In this document: positions 9,001-17,725 of the stretch, piece by piece
How positions within the stretch are numbered: position 1 is the first letter of the stretch
Layout: every line of letters starts with the position of its first letter
Virus record (IMG/VR): IMGVR_UViG_3300025372_000008
Span: 1-32,018 of that record
DNA from: a virus
Lineage: Duplodnaviria > Caudoviricetes
Direction: 5' to 3' (one strand)
DNA: 32,018 nucleotides
The notes under the pieces: model-generated
What the model was told of the DNA's origin: nothing
Databases searched by the model: none
The model's input: the letters and a program-made list of their open reading frames with translations, nothing else
Program-made: the position numbers and the translations under genes

Positions 9001-9449
9001 AGTTTGCCCAGGAGTTTCTGACGTTCGGCTTCGGTGGCATTGGCAGGGATGAAAGCAGCGCGGCCTCCACGGGTGACCTTGATGGTGGGGGAGGCGTTCT
9101 TGATCTCGTTCCGAAGGCTGCCGACGTTCTCCATGAGGCATTTCATGAAGGCGATGGGATGATCGGGATTGTCCAGGATCCACTGCTTGTCATTCCACCG
9201 CTTCAGAAATTCGGACTGGGAAATGGTTTCCCCGGCAAAGGCCTTGAACTCAATCGGGGTGGATTTCAAAAGCCAGACGACGGTCCGACGGGGCTTGCCA
9301 TCGAGGCCTTGCTCGATGGTGTCGAGATAGCCGTTCTCGGCGAGGGTGCCTCCGCAGGTGAGGGAGGCGGCTACGGCATGGGTATTGGCCGAAGAGAGAG
9401 GATGCTCGTGATCGACGAGCAGGGAGAGGTTTTCGTGGAGGTTGTTCAT
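8997..9449 (-). CDS. Hypothetical protein in the tail module, 150 aa
   Basis: Protein-like composition, coupled to gpG; no family recognised. Confidence 0.7.
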   Translation of the reverse strand: MNNLHENLSLLVDHEHPLSSANTHAVAASLTCGGTLAENGYLDTIEQGLDGKPRRTVVWLLKSTPIEFKAFAGETISQSEFLKRWNDKQWILDNPDHPIAFMKCLMENVGSLRNEIKNASPTIKVTRGGRAAFIPANATEAERQKLLGKL

Positions 9450-9474
9450 GATAAAATGTCAGGGAGACGGAGGC

Positions 9475-9801
9475 CTAAGAAGCTCCGGGATACCACTTGC
9501 CCTTATAGCTCCAGCTCTGAAAATCGTCCGATTTCTCGGTCTTGCTGAAGGAGTCGATGATGATGACGCCTCCGGTGATTGTGCTGGGGACGTTACCAGT
9601 GGCAACTCCGAGCGTGATGCTTGGGTAATCGGACTGACCATCGACGGAGAACTCCCCCGTGGGGTCAAAGGTGGCTGCGGTGGAGAAGGCTCCGGAGTAA
9701 TCTTTGAGCACCTTGGTCTCGACCTTTTTGGAGGTGCTGACCTTGGTGATGACCCCGCTGGTGAAGGAGGAGATTCCGATGGAGGCTGTGACGGCGGACA
9801 T
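9475..9801 (-). CDS. Tail tube-like protein 2, 108 aa
   Basis: S/T/G-rich beta protein positioned between terminator and chaperone; paralogous to 9823-10140. Confidence 0.65.
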   Translation of the reverse strand: MSAVTASIGISSFTSGVITKVSTSKKVETKVLKDYSGAFSTAATFDPTGEFSVDGQSDYPSITLGVATGNVPSTITGGVIIIDSFSKTEKSDDFQSWSYKGKWYPGAS

Positions 9802-9822
9802 GGTGGGTGGTCAGTTAGGGGT

Positions 9823-10140
9823 TTAACTCCATTTCATCGCGGTGATGCTGAAGTCGGGGAAATCGTCCTGGGATTCATCCACGCTCATCTCGGTGATGAC
9901 GACGGTGCCGGAGGCAACAGAGGAAGTTGCTGCCACCGTGGAAAGGGCAGGGTTGCCCTTGCCCTTGACGCTGATCTTGGTCTCGGTCATCGGAAGAACG
10001 GCGGCCTGAACGGTGACCCCGGAGGAGTTCTTGATGGTCTTGACCTCCTTGGACTGATCCTGGGTAACTTCGTTGATGACGCAGCCGGTGGGGGCGGTAA
10101 CGAGGGAGGCGAGTGAAGAGATTCCGATGGTAGCGGCCAT
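9823..10140 (-). CDS. Tail tube-like protein 1, 105 aa
   Basis: As above; shared IGISS, K..K..SG....AA, SV.G, G.V.I and DDF blocks. Confidence 0.65.
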   Translation of the reverse strand: MAATIGISSLASLVTAPTGCVINEVTQDQSKEVKTIKNSSGVTVQAAVLPMTETKISVKGKGNPALSTVAATSSVASGTVVITEMSVDESQDDFPDFSITAMKWS

Positions 10141-10141
10141 G

Positions 10142-10234
10142 TTATTTGGAAGGGGCGGGTTCGGGAGCAGGAGCCGGTGCGGCCACTACGTCTTTTTCGA
10201 GGATGAGGGGGTTGGGCTTTTTCTCGTCGCTCAT
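10142..10234 (-). CDS. 30-aa peptide MSDEKKPNPLILEKDVVAAPAPAPEPAPSK
   Basis: TTGACA sits 14 nt before the ATG; the stop is 1 nt before the tube gene ATG. Confidence 0.6.
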   Translation of the reverse strand: MSDEKKPNPLILEKDVVAAPAPAPEPAPSK

Positions 10235-10254
10235 GAAGTGAAGGTGCGTGTCAA

Positions 10255-10362
10255 ATCGCCCGAACGGGTCGGGCGATAGTCATGCGAGCCGCAGGGCGAG
10301 CAGTCCCGAGAGCAGCAGATCGAGGGATGCCTGATCGGGGACGATCGGCAGACAAACGCCAG
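10255..10362. repeat. Second hairpin-rich intergenic element, sharing a 34-nt unit with 2255-2288
   Basis: 10323-10356 is 30/34 identical to 2255-2288, with compensatory stem changes. Extra stem atcgcccga...tcgggcgat. Confidence 0.75.
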
Positions 10363-10365
10363 GCA

Positions 10366-10764
10366 TTACTCCGAGACTCCGATCACGGCTTGAACCTCGG
10401 CGACCCAGGTGTGCTGTTCCTGCGATGTCTTTGTATTTTGAATCCAGACCCCGGCAAAAGTGGCAGATCCGGATGGCCAGTTGGTCGAAAGGTAAGAAGT
10501 ATCCAGGCAGGATCGGACGGAGTTGATCGCCGTGGTAAATGCCGAAAGGCTGTCGGCACCGAGCAAGGCAGGGGCCATGATTTTCACATTGATGGTGACC
10601 TTGTAGAGGGGGCCAGCGGTGTGCTCGACGTCGGATGCCGAAATGATGAGGTTGAGCGATTCCGGGGTGAGTTCCTCGTAATCGCTACCTAGATAAATCG
10701 TGGTATCGGTAAAGGTTGGCTGAAATGCCGTCCGAAGTGCGGATTCGATCGTTAGCGGATTCAT
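10366..10764 (-). CDS. Tail terminator-like protein, 132 aa (start MNPLTIES)
   Basis: Size, position before the tube genes, and alpha/beta pattern typical of gpU-like terminators. Confidence 0.6.
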   Translation of the reverse strand: MNPLTIESALRTAFQPTFTDTTIYLGSDYEELTPESLNLIISASDVEHTAGPLYKVTINVKIMAPALLGADSLSAFTTAINSVRSCLDTSYLSTNWPSGSATFAGVWIQNTKTSQEQHTWVAEVQAVIGVSE

Positions 10765-10807
10765 GAAATAGGAGCTAAGAGCTGGGAGATAGCAGATAGG
10801 GTGGAAA

Positions 10808-11134
10808 TCACTCCCTGATAGCTGACACCAGAACCTCGGCAGAAAGGGGGGATCCCGGAAGACTGGTGGCAGTCTCGACGCGATAGGTGACGCCCTCGGT
10901 GACCAAGGTGAGGCGAGTGCCGACGGCAGGACGGGCGGCACGGGTCATTGGCCAGCGCACACGGATGCTTTTGTCAGTATTAAATCCACCGGTCTCCAAG
11001 CTCATGGTCGGCTGCGGAACGGTGACATGGGCATAGAATGGGGTGCAGGTGCCGAGCTGAATGAGGGTGCCAAGGGTATCGGCGATCTCGTTGGCCGCAC
11101 GGGTGCGAAAGGCGGCGATGGAGGTGCGGTTCAC
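10808..11134 (-). CDS. Head-closure / head-tail joining protein, 108 aa (GTG start)
   Basis: Follows the capsid gene; beta-barrel-type P.VG..L....G..YRV pattern; TTGACA 14 nt upstream. Confidence 0.65.
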   Translation of the reverse strand: MNRTSIAAFRTRAANEIADTLGTLIQLGTCTPFYAHVTVPQPTMSLETGGFNTDKSIRVRWPMTRAARPAVGTRLTLVTEGVTYRVETATSLPGSPLSAEVLVSAIRE

Positions 11135-11161
11135 GATGAAAGTATCGGTGTCAAGTGAATG

Positions 11162-11198
11162 AAAGAAGGGGCACCCCTTTCGAGGTGCCCCTTGCTTT
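11162..11198 (-). terminator. Intrinsic terminator after the major capsid gene
   Basis: AAGGGGCACCTC-GAAA-GGGGTGCCCCTT followed by CTTTC on the minus strand. Confidence 0.8.
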
Positions 11199-11216
11199 GC
11201 GGATTGCCTAGGAGGA

Positions 11217-12131
11217 TTAGGCGGTGATGAACTTGAGGGCGGAACCGTCAGCCTTGGCTGCCCCAAAGAGCACGTCGAAGCTGCCGTACAGTCCGCGATC
11301 CGAAGCGCTGCCCCAGATGGAGAGCTGGATCTGGAGGCCATCGAGACCAGGGATCTCGACCGTCTCCTGCTGCATGAGCAGGGAAGCAACGGCGGGATCG
11401 ACGTAAGGCAGGGCCGAGGCCATGGCCAGCGCCTCAGGGGAGGCTGCAAAACCGTGGATGGTCTTGGTCGTACCGTTTAGGTTCACGTCGCTGCCGCCGA
11501 GGGGGGCGTTGAAGCGGGTGTTGAGGTAGACGTTATCGAACCCGTAAGCAGGGCCGCCGGTGACGGGGATGCTGAATCCGGACTGAGGCTGGAGGTAGCT
11601 GAAGTAGCTGCCATCCAGGACGAGGTTGCGCTCGGTGCCGTTGGCGATCGCCGCGAAGAGAGCAGGGAGGCCCTTCGTGATGAGGTCGTTGCCGAGGACG
11701 CCGCCGGTCGCGGTGTTGATCGCGCTGGTATAAGCAGCGGCACCGTAGTTGGCGGTGGTGAGCGGGGTCATGGCGATATCCATGATCGCATTGCCGAGGG
11801 CGGCGAGGTTGGCCTTGAGGACCTTCTCGAGTTTGAAGCCCTGATTGAGCTGTGCGCTGGAAAGGCCGAACTGGGCCGAAACGTGATTCATGGTGACGGC
11901 TGCTGCGGTCACGGAATCACCCTGGCTCTGGAAGGAGGTGGGGTTCGTCACTGCGGCGGCGGCGTTACCGACGACGGCGACCTGCAACTTGCGGAGTCCG
12001 GCGGAAGCCACGACATCCGAGCTGAAGTCGGTGTTGAAGGCCTTCAGCGAAGAGAGCTTCGGCTGGAGGACGGTGATGGCCGTGGAGGTCGCTGTATCGA
12101 CGACCAGGGCGCTGGAATAGCTGTTAGCCAT
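11217..12131 (-). CDS. Major capsid protein, 304 aa
   Basis: Directly after protease/scaffold; strongly biased codon use; followed by a terminator; size and composition fit an HK97-fold capsid. Confidence 0.85.
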   Translation of the reverse strand: MANSYSSALVVDTATSTAITVLQPKLSSLKAFNTDFSSDVVASAGLRKLQVAVVGNAAAAVTNPTSFQSQGDSVTAAAVTMNHVSAQFGLSSAQLNQGFKLEKVLKANLAALGNAIMDIAMTPLTTANYGAAAYTSAINTATGGVLGNDLITKGLPALFAAIANGTERNLVLDGSYFSYLQPQSGFSIPVTGGPAYGFDNVYLNTRFNAPLGGSDVNLNGTTKTIHGFAASPEALAMASALPYVDPAVASLLMQQETVEIPGLDGLQIQLSIWGSASDRGLYGSFDVLFGAAKADGSALKFITA

Positions 12132-12155
12132 TTGAGTGGGGTGTTGGGGTTGGGT

Positions 12156-13328
12156 TTATTTCAGCTTCGCGGCGATGGATCGCTCGATCTCGCGTCGGTT
12201 GGCTTGAAAAAAGGAAAGGCGCTCGGCACCGGCAGGCATGGCCTCGTATTGCTCGATGATGCTCATCTTGGGAGCTTCCTCGCTGATCTCGGGGATCTCG
12301 ATCGAGGGAGCCAGTCCCATGACGGAAAGGACGCTGCGGTGGAGGTAGCGGAGGTCTACCAGCTCGGCGTCGCGCTTGCTGAGTTCGGTCTTGGCCATCT
12401 CCAGCTCGCCACGGGCTGCGGAAAGCTCGGTGGTCACTCGGGAAAGCTCGGACTTGGTAGCCTCGAAATCGCTCTTGAACCCGTCGAACTTGCGGGAAAG
12501 CTCCTCGGGTGCAGGGATCGCCTCGACGGAATTCTCTTCCTTGATCTCATCGGCAACGATTTCTTCGGCGACTTCCTCGGCGACTGGCTCGGCAGGAACT
12601 TCTGCAACCACTTCGGCGGCAACCTCGGGAGCGGGTTCGCTCTCGATGACGGCGTTGAGTTCTTCCTTACCTTCCTCGGCGGGCGCTTCAACAGCGGGAG
12701 CCTCGGCGGCAGGGGCGATCTCCTCAGCTTTGACTTCCTCGACGGGAGCCTCGGCAAGGACTTCAGGGGTGGCGGGTGTCTCGCTCATAGAAAATAGGGA
12801 AGGATTGCAACTGGGATTTGCCACGAGGTCGGCGGCGTAGAGTTCGCAAACACGGGCGGCATAAGCCACGATGTCGTCTTGGTATCCGGGGACGATGCCG
12901 TCATTGTCACCGTCATCATCCATGTCGGTGCTCATGACCGGCTCGGGGGCGTTCATGAAAGAAATGCTGATGCCGAAATTGCTAGGCATGGTCTGAGCCA
13001 TCTCAATGATGGTGGCGTAGCTGTCGTGGTTCTTGAGCAGATAGAGGTCGCCACGGGCGCAGTCGCCGTCGTTCACAATGTCACGGATGGAACCGATCAG
13101 CTCCTCGATGTCGGTGCCGTGGGCGAGCTTCACCGGAACGCCATCAGGGAAAATGGCTGCGGCTTCCACGACCTCGGCGATGGTCTGGTCATCGCAGATG
13201 ATGGGCTGACCGAGGAAGGTGTGGGTCTTGGCTTCGCCCTTGGTGATGACGCGGACGCCTCGCAGGACGCCGTTCTCGGCATCGACTCGGGATTCGGTCG
13301 CTGTGGCGAATAGGGAGAGCTTGACCAT
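12156..13328 (-). CDS. Prohead protease / scaffold fusion, 390 aa (possible internal scaffold start at ATG 12788)
   Basis: N-terminal protease-like domain (VITKGEAKTH, KLAHG, FGISISF, ADLVANP), then an acidic E/A/P-rich linker and coiled coil. TTGACA 15 nt before ATG 13328. Confidence 0.8.
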   Translation of the reverse strand: MVKLSLFATATESRVDAENGVLRGVRVITKGEAKTHTFLGQPIICDDQTIAEVVEAAAIFPDGVPVKLAHGTDIEELIGSIRDIVNDGDCARGDLYLLKNHDSYATIIEMAQTMPSNFGISISFMNAPEPVMSTDMDDDGDNDGIVPGYQDDIVAYAARVCELYAADLVANPSCNPSLFSMSETPATPEVLAEAPVEEVKAEEIAPAAEAPAVEAPAEEGKEELNAVIESEPAPEVAAEVVAEVPAEPVAEEVAEEIVADEIKEENSVEAIPAPEELSRKFDGFKSDFEATKSELSRVTTELSAARGELEMAKTELSKRDAELVDLRYLHRSVLSVMGLAPSIEIPEISEEAPKMSIIEQYEAMPAGAERLSFFQANRREIERSIAAKLK

Positions 13329-13350
13329 TGCCGAAATGCCGTCTGTCAAA

Positions 13351-14856
13351 TCATTCTCCCTGCTTGCTGCCATCGACGGCTTGCTGGGGGATCGGGGCAC
13401 CAGGGGCAGGAGGGAATACCTCGGAGGTGGTGAGGTCGACTCCTTCTTCCTTGGCGATTTCCTGAACGAGCTTTTTCCGGCGGGCTGCGAAGCGGATGAT
13501 GTCGGTGTCCTGTGTGTCGGCATCGAGGCCTTGCAAAGCGTAATAGCGCTGCGGTGAGATTTGACCACGGAGGAGGAGGTCGCTCATAAGGCGGCCATCG
13601 CGACCAAAATCGACCGAAAGACGGGCAGGCGGGGTGAAATCGACCCTCCACCAATCCGATCCGTCATTCGGCATAGGGAGGCGACCGGCCTGAATCTCCT
13701 GCCAAATCCAAAAACGCCAAAAGGGGGCTGCGAAGCTCTGAATAATGATGTCGCGGATCTCATCAATGGCGGAGGCGGCCTCCTCCAAGATCCAGCGTTG
13801 ATTTGCCCCACCGGCATCGGTCGCGTCGAATAGGAACTGGCTGGAAAAGCCGAGGCCAACTGCGATCTCTTCCTTCAGAGTTCCGAGGAACTCCTTCATG
13901 TTTCCAGCTGGGTGGTTGTTCAGGATGCTCTCGACCTTTTCACCGGGCTTGAGCTGCGGAATGATGGAACCATTCGACAAGGCATCGACGGTCATCGGCT
14001 GCTGGCTGGAACCTGACTGACCCTTGACTAACGACGAACCGAGGCCGATCTGTCCCGCCTCAGGTGAGGTGATGACCAGCGCCATGGAGGCACCGATCTT
14101 GGCCGACTGCTTCTCAAAGGCCAGATACTCGGCAATGTCCTGAAGGGTATTGGCAGCGCGGGCGAGCCAGCTCGGTGCGCGGGTGTATCCGATGCGATAG
14201 GCGCGGCGCACCTGGGCAATGTCATCGGCGCTGATGTCGGTATAATCCTGAGAGGCAGGAGCTGAGAGGACGCGGAATCGGATGGGGCGTCCCGTTTTCG
14301 GGTCCACCTTGACCCCATCGATCCAGCCTTCCTCTTCCTTACCCACCGGGGATCCGACGTTCTCACCAGGGACAAGTCGGAACATGGCACGTCCGGCCTT
14401 GCTGGTGCTGCGCTGCCAAAAAACATCACCGGCAATCGCCATCTGGCGGACAATGAGGGGGATGGCCTGATCGAAATTTACCATGCCGGAAACATCGACA
14501 CCGAAAGCGGCATTCCGCGCGGCATCATTGAATGCCTGCTCGGCGAGGCGGTTCCATTTCTCATCCAGCGTCCGAGCCTGCGGTATGAGGGGGCCGACGA
14601 GGCGGGCGATCTTATCAACCGCACCTCCGGCAAGGCCTGAGTTGTTATAAAGCCATTGGGCTTTCTTGATCAGCTCCTGACGCGATCCACCGGTCAGTTC
14701 TTTCTTGGCATCAAGCGTCGGGCTGTAAAGCCACATACGCTGGGGATTGTAGCGATAGCTGGCTTCGTAGGCGGCAAAGTCGTTTTGCTGTTTTGCTTTG
14801 CTCGGGCGACCAGCTCCGGGTCGCGCACCGCCACGCTTTGATTTCGATTCGCTCAT
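13351..14856 (-). CDS. Portal protein, lambda family, 501 aa
   Basis: A..LY.N.G.A.GAV, GDVF, DGV.VD..GRP..F and L.PGE motifs. N-terminal RGGARPGAGRP; position after terL and adaptor. Confidence 0.88.
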   Translation of the reverse strand: MSESKSKRGGARPGAGRPSKAKQQNDFAAYEASYRYNPQRMWLYSPTLDAKKELTGGSRQELIKKAQWLYNNSGLAGGAVDKIARLVGPLIPQARTLDEKWNRLAEQAFNDAARNAAFGVDVSGMVNFDQAIPLIVRQMAIAGDVFWQRSTSKAGRAMFRLVPGENVGSPVGKEEEGWIDGVKVDPKTGRPIRFRVLSAPASQDYTDISADDIAQVRRAYRIGYTRAPSWLARAANTLQDIAEYLAFEKQSAKIGASMALVITSPEAGQIGLGSSLVKGQSGSSQQPMTVDALSNGSIIPQLKPGEKVESILNNHPAGNMKEFLGTLKEEIAVGLGFSSQFLFDATDAGGANQRWILEEAASAIDEIRDIIIQSFAAPFWRFWIWQEIQAGRLPMPNDGSDWWRVDFTPPARLSVDFGRDGRLMSDLLLRGQISPQRYYALQGLDADTQDTDIIRFAARRKKLVQEIAKEEGVDLTTSEVFPPAPGAPIPQQAVDGSKQGE

Positions 14857-14894
14857 GACGAGCGCCATCTGTCAAAAATCAAACGGAAATCAAA

Positions 14895-15218
14895 CTAGGT
14901 GACCGACCAGGTGCGGCTGTAATCGGGACGGGTGCCAAGCTGGCGGCTGACGATGGTGCCGTTGTCATTGGTCGGGAAATCGCCGAGTTCCTTGCGGACA
15001 TCCATGACGACGCCGAGATAAAGCCATTTCGGAAATGCCACCTCGCCATTTGCAGATCCGCCATCGGCTGCGGTGCCGGTGATGGTGACCTCCTCGGTGG
15101 CTGCGGCGAAAATGGAATCGGCTAGGGCCTTGAGTTCCTCGATGCTCTTGTACCGGAGATAAGATTTGATCCCGGCGACCTTTTGATGGTCGAAGGTAGC
15201 ATTGGTGCTGGAGGCCAT
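14895..15218 (-). CDS. Head-tail adaptor (gpW position), 107 aa
   Basis: Small gene between terL and portal, as for lambda W. Confidence 0.55.
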   Translation of the reverse strand: MASSTNATFDHQKVAGIKSYLRYKSIEELKALADSIFAAATEEVTITGTAADGGSANGEVAFPKWLYLGVVMDVRKELGDFPTNDNGTIVSRQLGTRPDYSRTWSVT

Positions 15219-15240
15219 GCAAGCATCGGAAAGTCAAACG

Positions 15241-16974
15241 TCAGAGTTTCTCCCGAAGAATAGCCCAGCCGACGCAATGGAGCTTCGTGCAATCGCCGAA
15301 ATGGTCGTTCTCAAGTTTCTTGAACTCGTAGGGGGTGGTGCGGTTGTTTCGGTTTTCGACGAGTACCTGTCCGCTATGACCGGCAATGAAGTCGCGGGTG
15401 ACGTCCTCGGGGAAGTGGAGGAGGGGAGGCAGCTTCTTCTGGATACGGTCGATGTAGAGGTGCATCTTCCAAACGTGGTCGGAGTAACTATACAAGATGG
15501 AACCGACGCCGGGGAGGGGAGAGGCGTTGAATTGCTTGAACGTGGCGGCACCGCCTTTGCTGGGGTAGTAGAGGCCATCGGATCTTGCGCAAACGGAATA
15601 GACGCGCTCGGTGAAAAAACCGGAATCGATGAGTCCCGCGATGGGTCGCACCGTGGTGATGCCGTCGGGCATGAGGTAGGTGCGGGCATTCAGAAAATCC
15701 TGACTGACCAACTCATCGACCTCGGCGACCTCTCCCCAATCGATGACCCAACTCTCGCCGGTCGCGATGCGGGCCTCGACTGTCCAGTGGGTGCGCGTCC
15801 CTCCCGGATCGGCGCATAGTGTCAGGATGGGAGACTGTCCATCGATCACGGCGGCGGGCGGTATCTGGCGCTGGCGGTAGCCGCTGCGGAGATCGAGGAG
15901 GCTGTCGTCCTTAATGGTGGTGGCGCGGTCTTCCCAAGGTAATCCGAGGTAGGTGTTGTAGAAATCGTGCAGGCCGCCGGGGCTGTCGCGTTTTTGGAGG
16001 AATAGCTTTGCCAATTCTCCCCAGGAGGACTGGGGGGAATACATGGCATTCAAATGACAGGAAATATGGTCGCGTGGCGCGGCGAGGTTCCCTTGGATCC
16101 AACGGCCACCGGCGACGAGTCGGCGCTGAAGTTCTTGCGGCCAGAGGGATCCGCATTCCTCGCACTGGTAGACGGCAGAATCTGAAACTGCGTCGAGATC
16201 CCATGTCCCATCATTACCGCGTAGCTCATCGGACCATTTGACCTGCTCGAAACGGAGGTGCTGCCATTTGCCGCAGTCGGGGCATTCCACATGGTAGCGG
16301 TGTTGGCTTCCAGCGGTGAACTGGCTGTAGATCGCGCCGGTCGCCACGGTGGGGGTGGATACCAGGACGCGCTTGCAGATGGATCTGTAGAAGTTGGTTC
16401 GGGCCATCGCCAGCTCGAGGGAGGGGGCCTCGGTGGCGGAGGCGTCGGGCCATTTGTCCACCTCATCACAGAAAAGGTAACGGGTGGGGCGGGAGGCGAG
16501 GTTGGCCTCGGAATTCGATCCGACGAGCTTGACGGTGCAGCTTTTGAACTGCATTTCCGTTTTCTTGAAAAGATCGGGATCGTCGGGAAGGTGACGGCGC
16601 AGCGCGGTGCAGGAACGCACGCGGGGAATCAGCTCCCGCTCGGACCATGATTTTGCATTCTCCGCCGTCGAGGTGACATAGAGAATGGGACCCGGATCTT
16701 CGGCGACGGCGTACTGAATGAGATTAGCAAGGAGGGTGGTGCCGCCGATCTGGGCGCTTTTTACAAAGGTGATCTGGCGGATGGATCGGTCTCCAAACCA
16801 GAGGTGCATCTGGCGGAGGTAGGGGGTGAAATCGCAATTAAACCGACCTGGCCGAGGGGAGAATCGAGGGTCGATGACGATTTCCCGTTCCGCCCATGTC
16901 AGCGGGTCGGGGCGTTCCCTTGGCTCCCACATGGAAGCAAGATCGGATTCAAGCCGCTGGAGTGCCGGTGACAT
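15241..16974 (-). CDS. terL: Terminase large subunit, lambda gpA family, 577 aa
   Basis: TPY motif, Walker A KSAQIGGT, Walker B LFCDEVD, STPT, CPDCG/CEECG zinc site, FYNTYLGLPW, nuclease acidic residues (ADPG, IDSG, NDHFGDC). Confidence 0.95.
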   Translation of the reverse strand: MSPALQRLESDLASMWEPRERPDPLTWAEREIVIDPRFSPRPGRFNCDFTPYLRQMHLWFGDRSIRQITFVKSAQIGGTTLLANLIQYAVAEDPGPILYVTSTAENAKSWSERELIPRVRSCTALRRHLPDDPDLFKKTEMQFKSCTVKLVGSNSEANLASRPTRYLFCDEVDKWPDASATEAPSLELAMARTNFYRSICKRVLVSTPTVATGAIYSQFTAGSQHRYHVECPDCGKWQHLRFEQVKWSDELRGNDGTWDLDAVSDSAVYQCEECGSLWPQELQRRLVAGGRWIQGNLAAPRDHISCHLNAMYSPQSSWGELAKLFLQKRDSPGGLHDFYNTYLGLPWEDRATTIKDDSLLDLRSGYRQRQIPPAAVIDGQSPILTLCADPGGTRTHWTVEARIATGESWVIDWGEVAEVDELVSQDFLNARTYLMPDGITTVRPIAGLIDSGFFTERVYSVCARSDGLYYPSKGGAATFKQFNASPLPGVGSILYSYSDHVWKMHLYIDRIQKKLPPLLHFPEDVTRDFIAGHSGQVLVENRNNRTTPYEFKKLENDHFGDCTKLHCVGWAILREKL

Positions 16975-17554
16975 CGGTGGCCGGTTCCTTTTGGTTCCAC
17001 GGGGTCGAGGCGGACGCAGCGGCCAGCTCGCGGAGGATGGCAACGACCTCTTCCCTGACGATGCCGGAGACATCGACGGAGGATTCGATCCTGGAAACCA
17101 GCACGTCGGGGAGATTTTCCATGAGTTGCTTGGCCATGGCCATGTTACCAAGGATGAATTCGGAAACTTTGGAGACTTCGACGAGCTTTCCGGAAGCAGT
17201 GGCCAGTTTCAGATTGTTTTCAGAGACAAGGGTCCAGAGTTTGTGCGCTTCGATGGAAGCCTTGAGCAGTGTCGGTAGGGAATTCATATCGCCCCTGGCT
17301 TCTGCTTGATCACAAAGCACAGAGAGACGGGCATGGCGTACGGCAGCGGCCTGCTCGGTCTCTTCCGGGGTCATCGGCTTTGCATTTGCTTCCGGACGTG
17401 CAAAGGAAAACTGGGAATCCTGAGCACGAGAACGTAAAAAATCGCGCCATCTTGGATCGTCTAGGTTGCGCCAATTACGAACCGCCCGAACGGAAACGGA
17501 ATGCACCTTGGCACATTCTTCGATCAGCGCAGCTTCATGACGGGATTTCCTCAC
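16949..17554 (-). CDS. terS: Terminase small subunit, 201 aa (GTG start)
   Basis: N-terminal HTH-like (A..HSVSVRAVRNW), G.LV motif as in Nu1-like proteins; overlaps the terL start. Confidence 0.8.
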   Translation of the reverse strand: MRKSRHEAALIEECAKVHSVSVRAVRNWRNLDDPRWRDFLRSRAQDSQFSFARPEANAKPMTPEETEQAAAVRHARLSVLCDQAEARGDMNSLPTLLKASIEAHKLWTLVSENNLKLATASGKLVEVSKVSEFILGNMAMAKQLMENLPDVLVSRIESSVDVSGIVREEVVAILRELAAASASTPWNQKEPATDVTGTPAA

Positions 17555-17567
17555 GACTTCCTTGGAA

Positions 17568-17573
17568 TGTCAA
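17568..17573 (-). promoter_or_regulatory. TTGACA motif 13 nt before the terS start
   Basis: TTTGACA-TTCCAAGGAAGTC-GTG; first member of the late-gene motif series. Confidence 0.65.
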
Positions 17574-17725
17574 AGGAATGGCAAGGAACTGATCGGGAAC
17601 GGAAGGAATTGGATTAGTTCCCTAATGTGTGGCAGTTATACGCTCAAAAACATCGCGGGCGGCAACTGCTGGAGGCGACCATCGTTTCTAAAAGATTCCT
17701 TACCAGGCGCCTATTGGCGGCAGTG

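Noticed and set aside
11883-12797. 304-aa plus-strand ORF and similar long plus-strand ORFs (9442-10116, 15202-15819, 18151-18882, 7882-8541)
   Set aside because: Antisense shadows of well-supported GC3-rich minus-strand genes, with no motifs or expression signals.
16975-17151. Upstream extensions of terL, protease (to 13568), head closure (to 11449), terminator (to 10941) and gpG (to 9183)
   Set aside because: They overlap upstream genes and are low-complexity; downstream starts match coupling or the TTGACA spacing.
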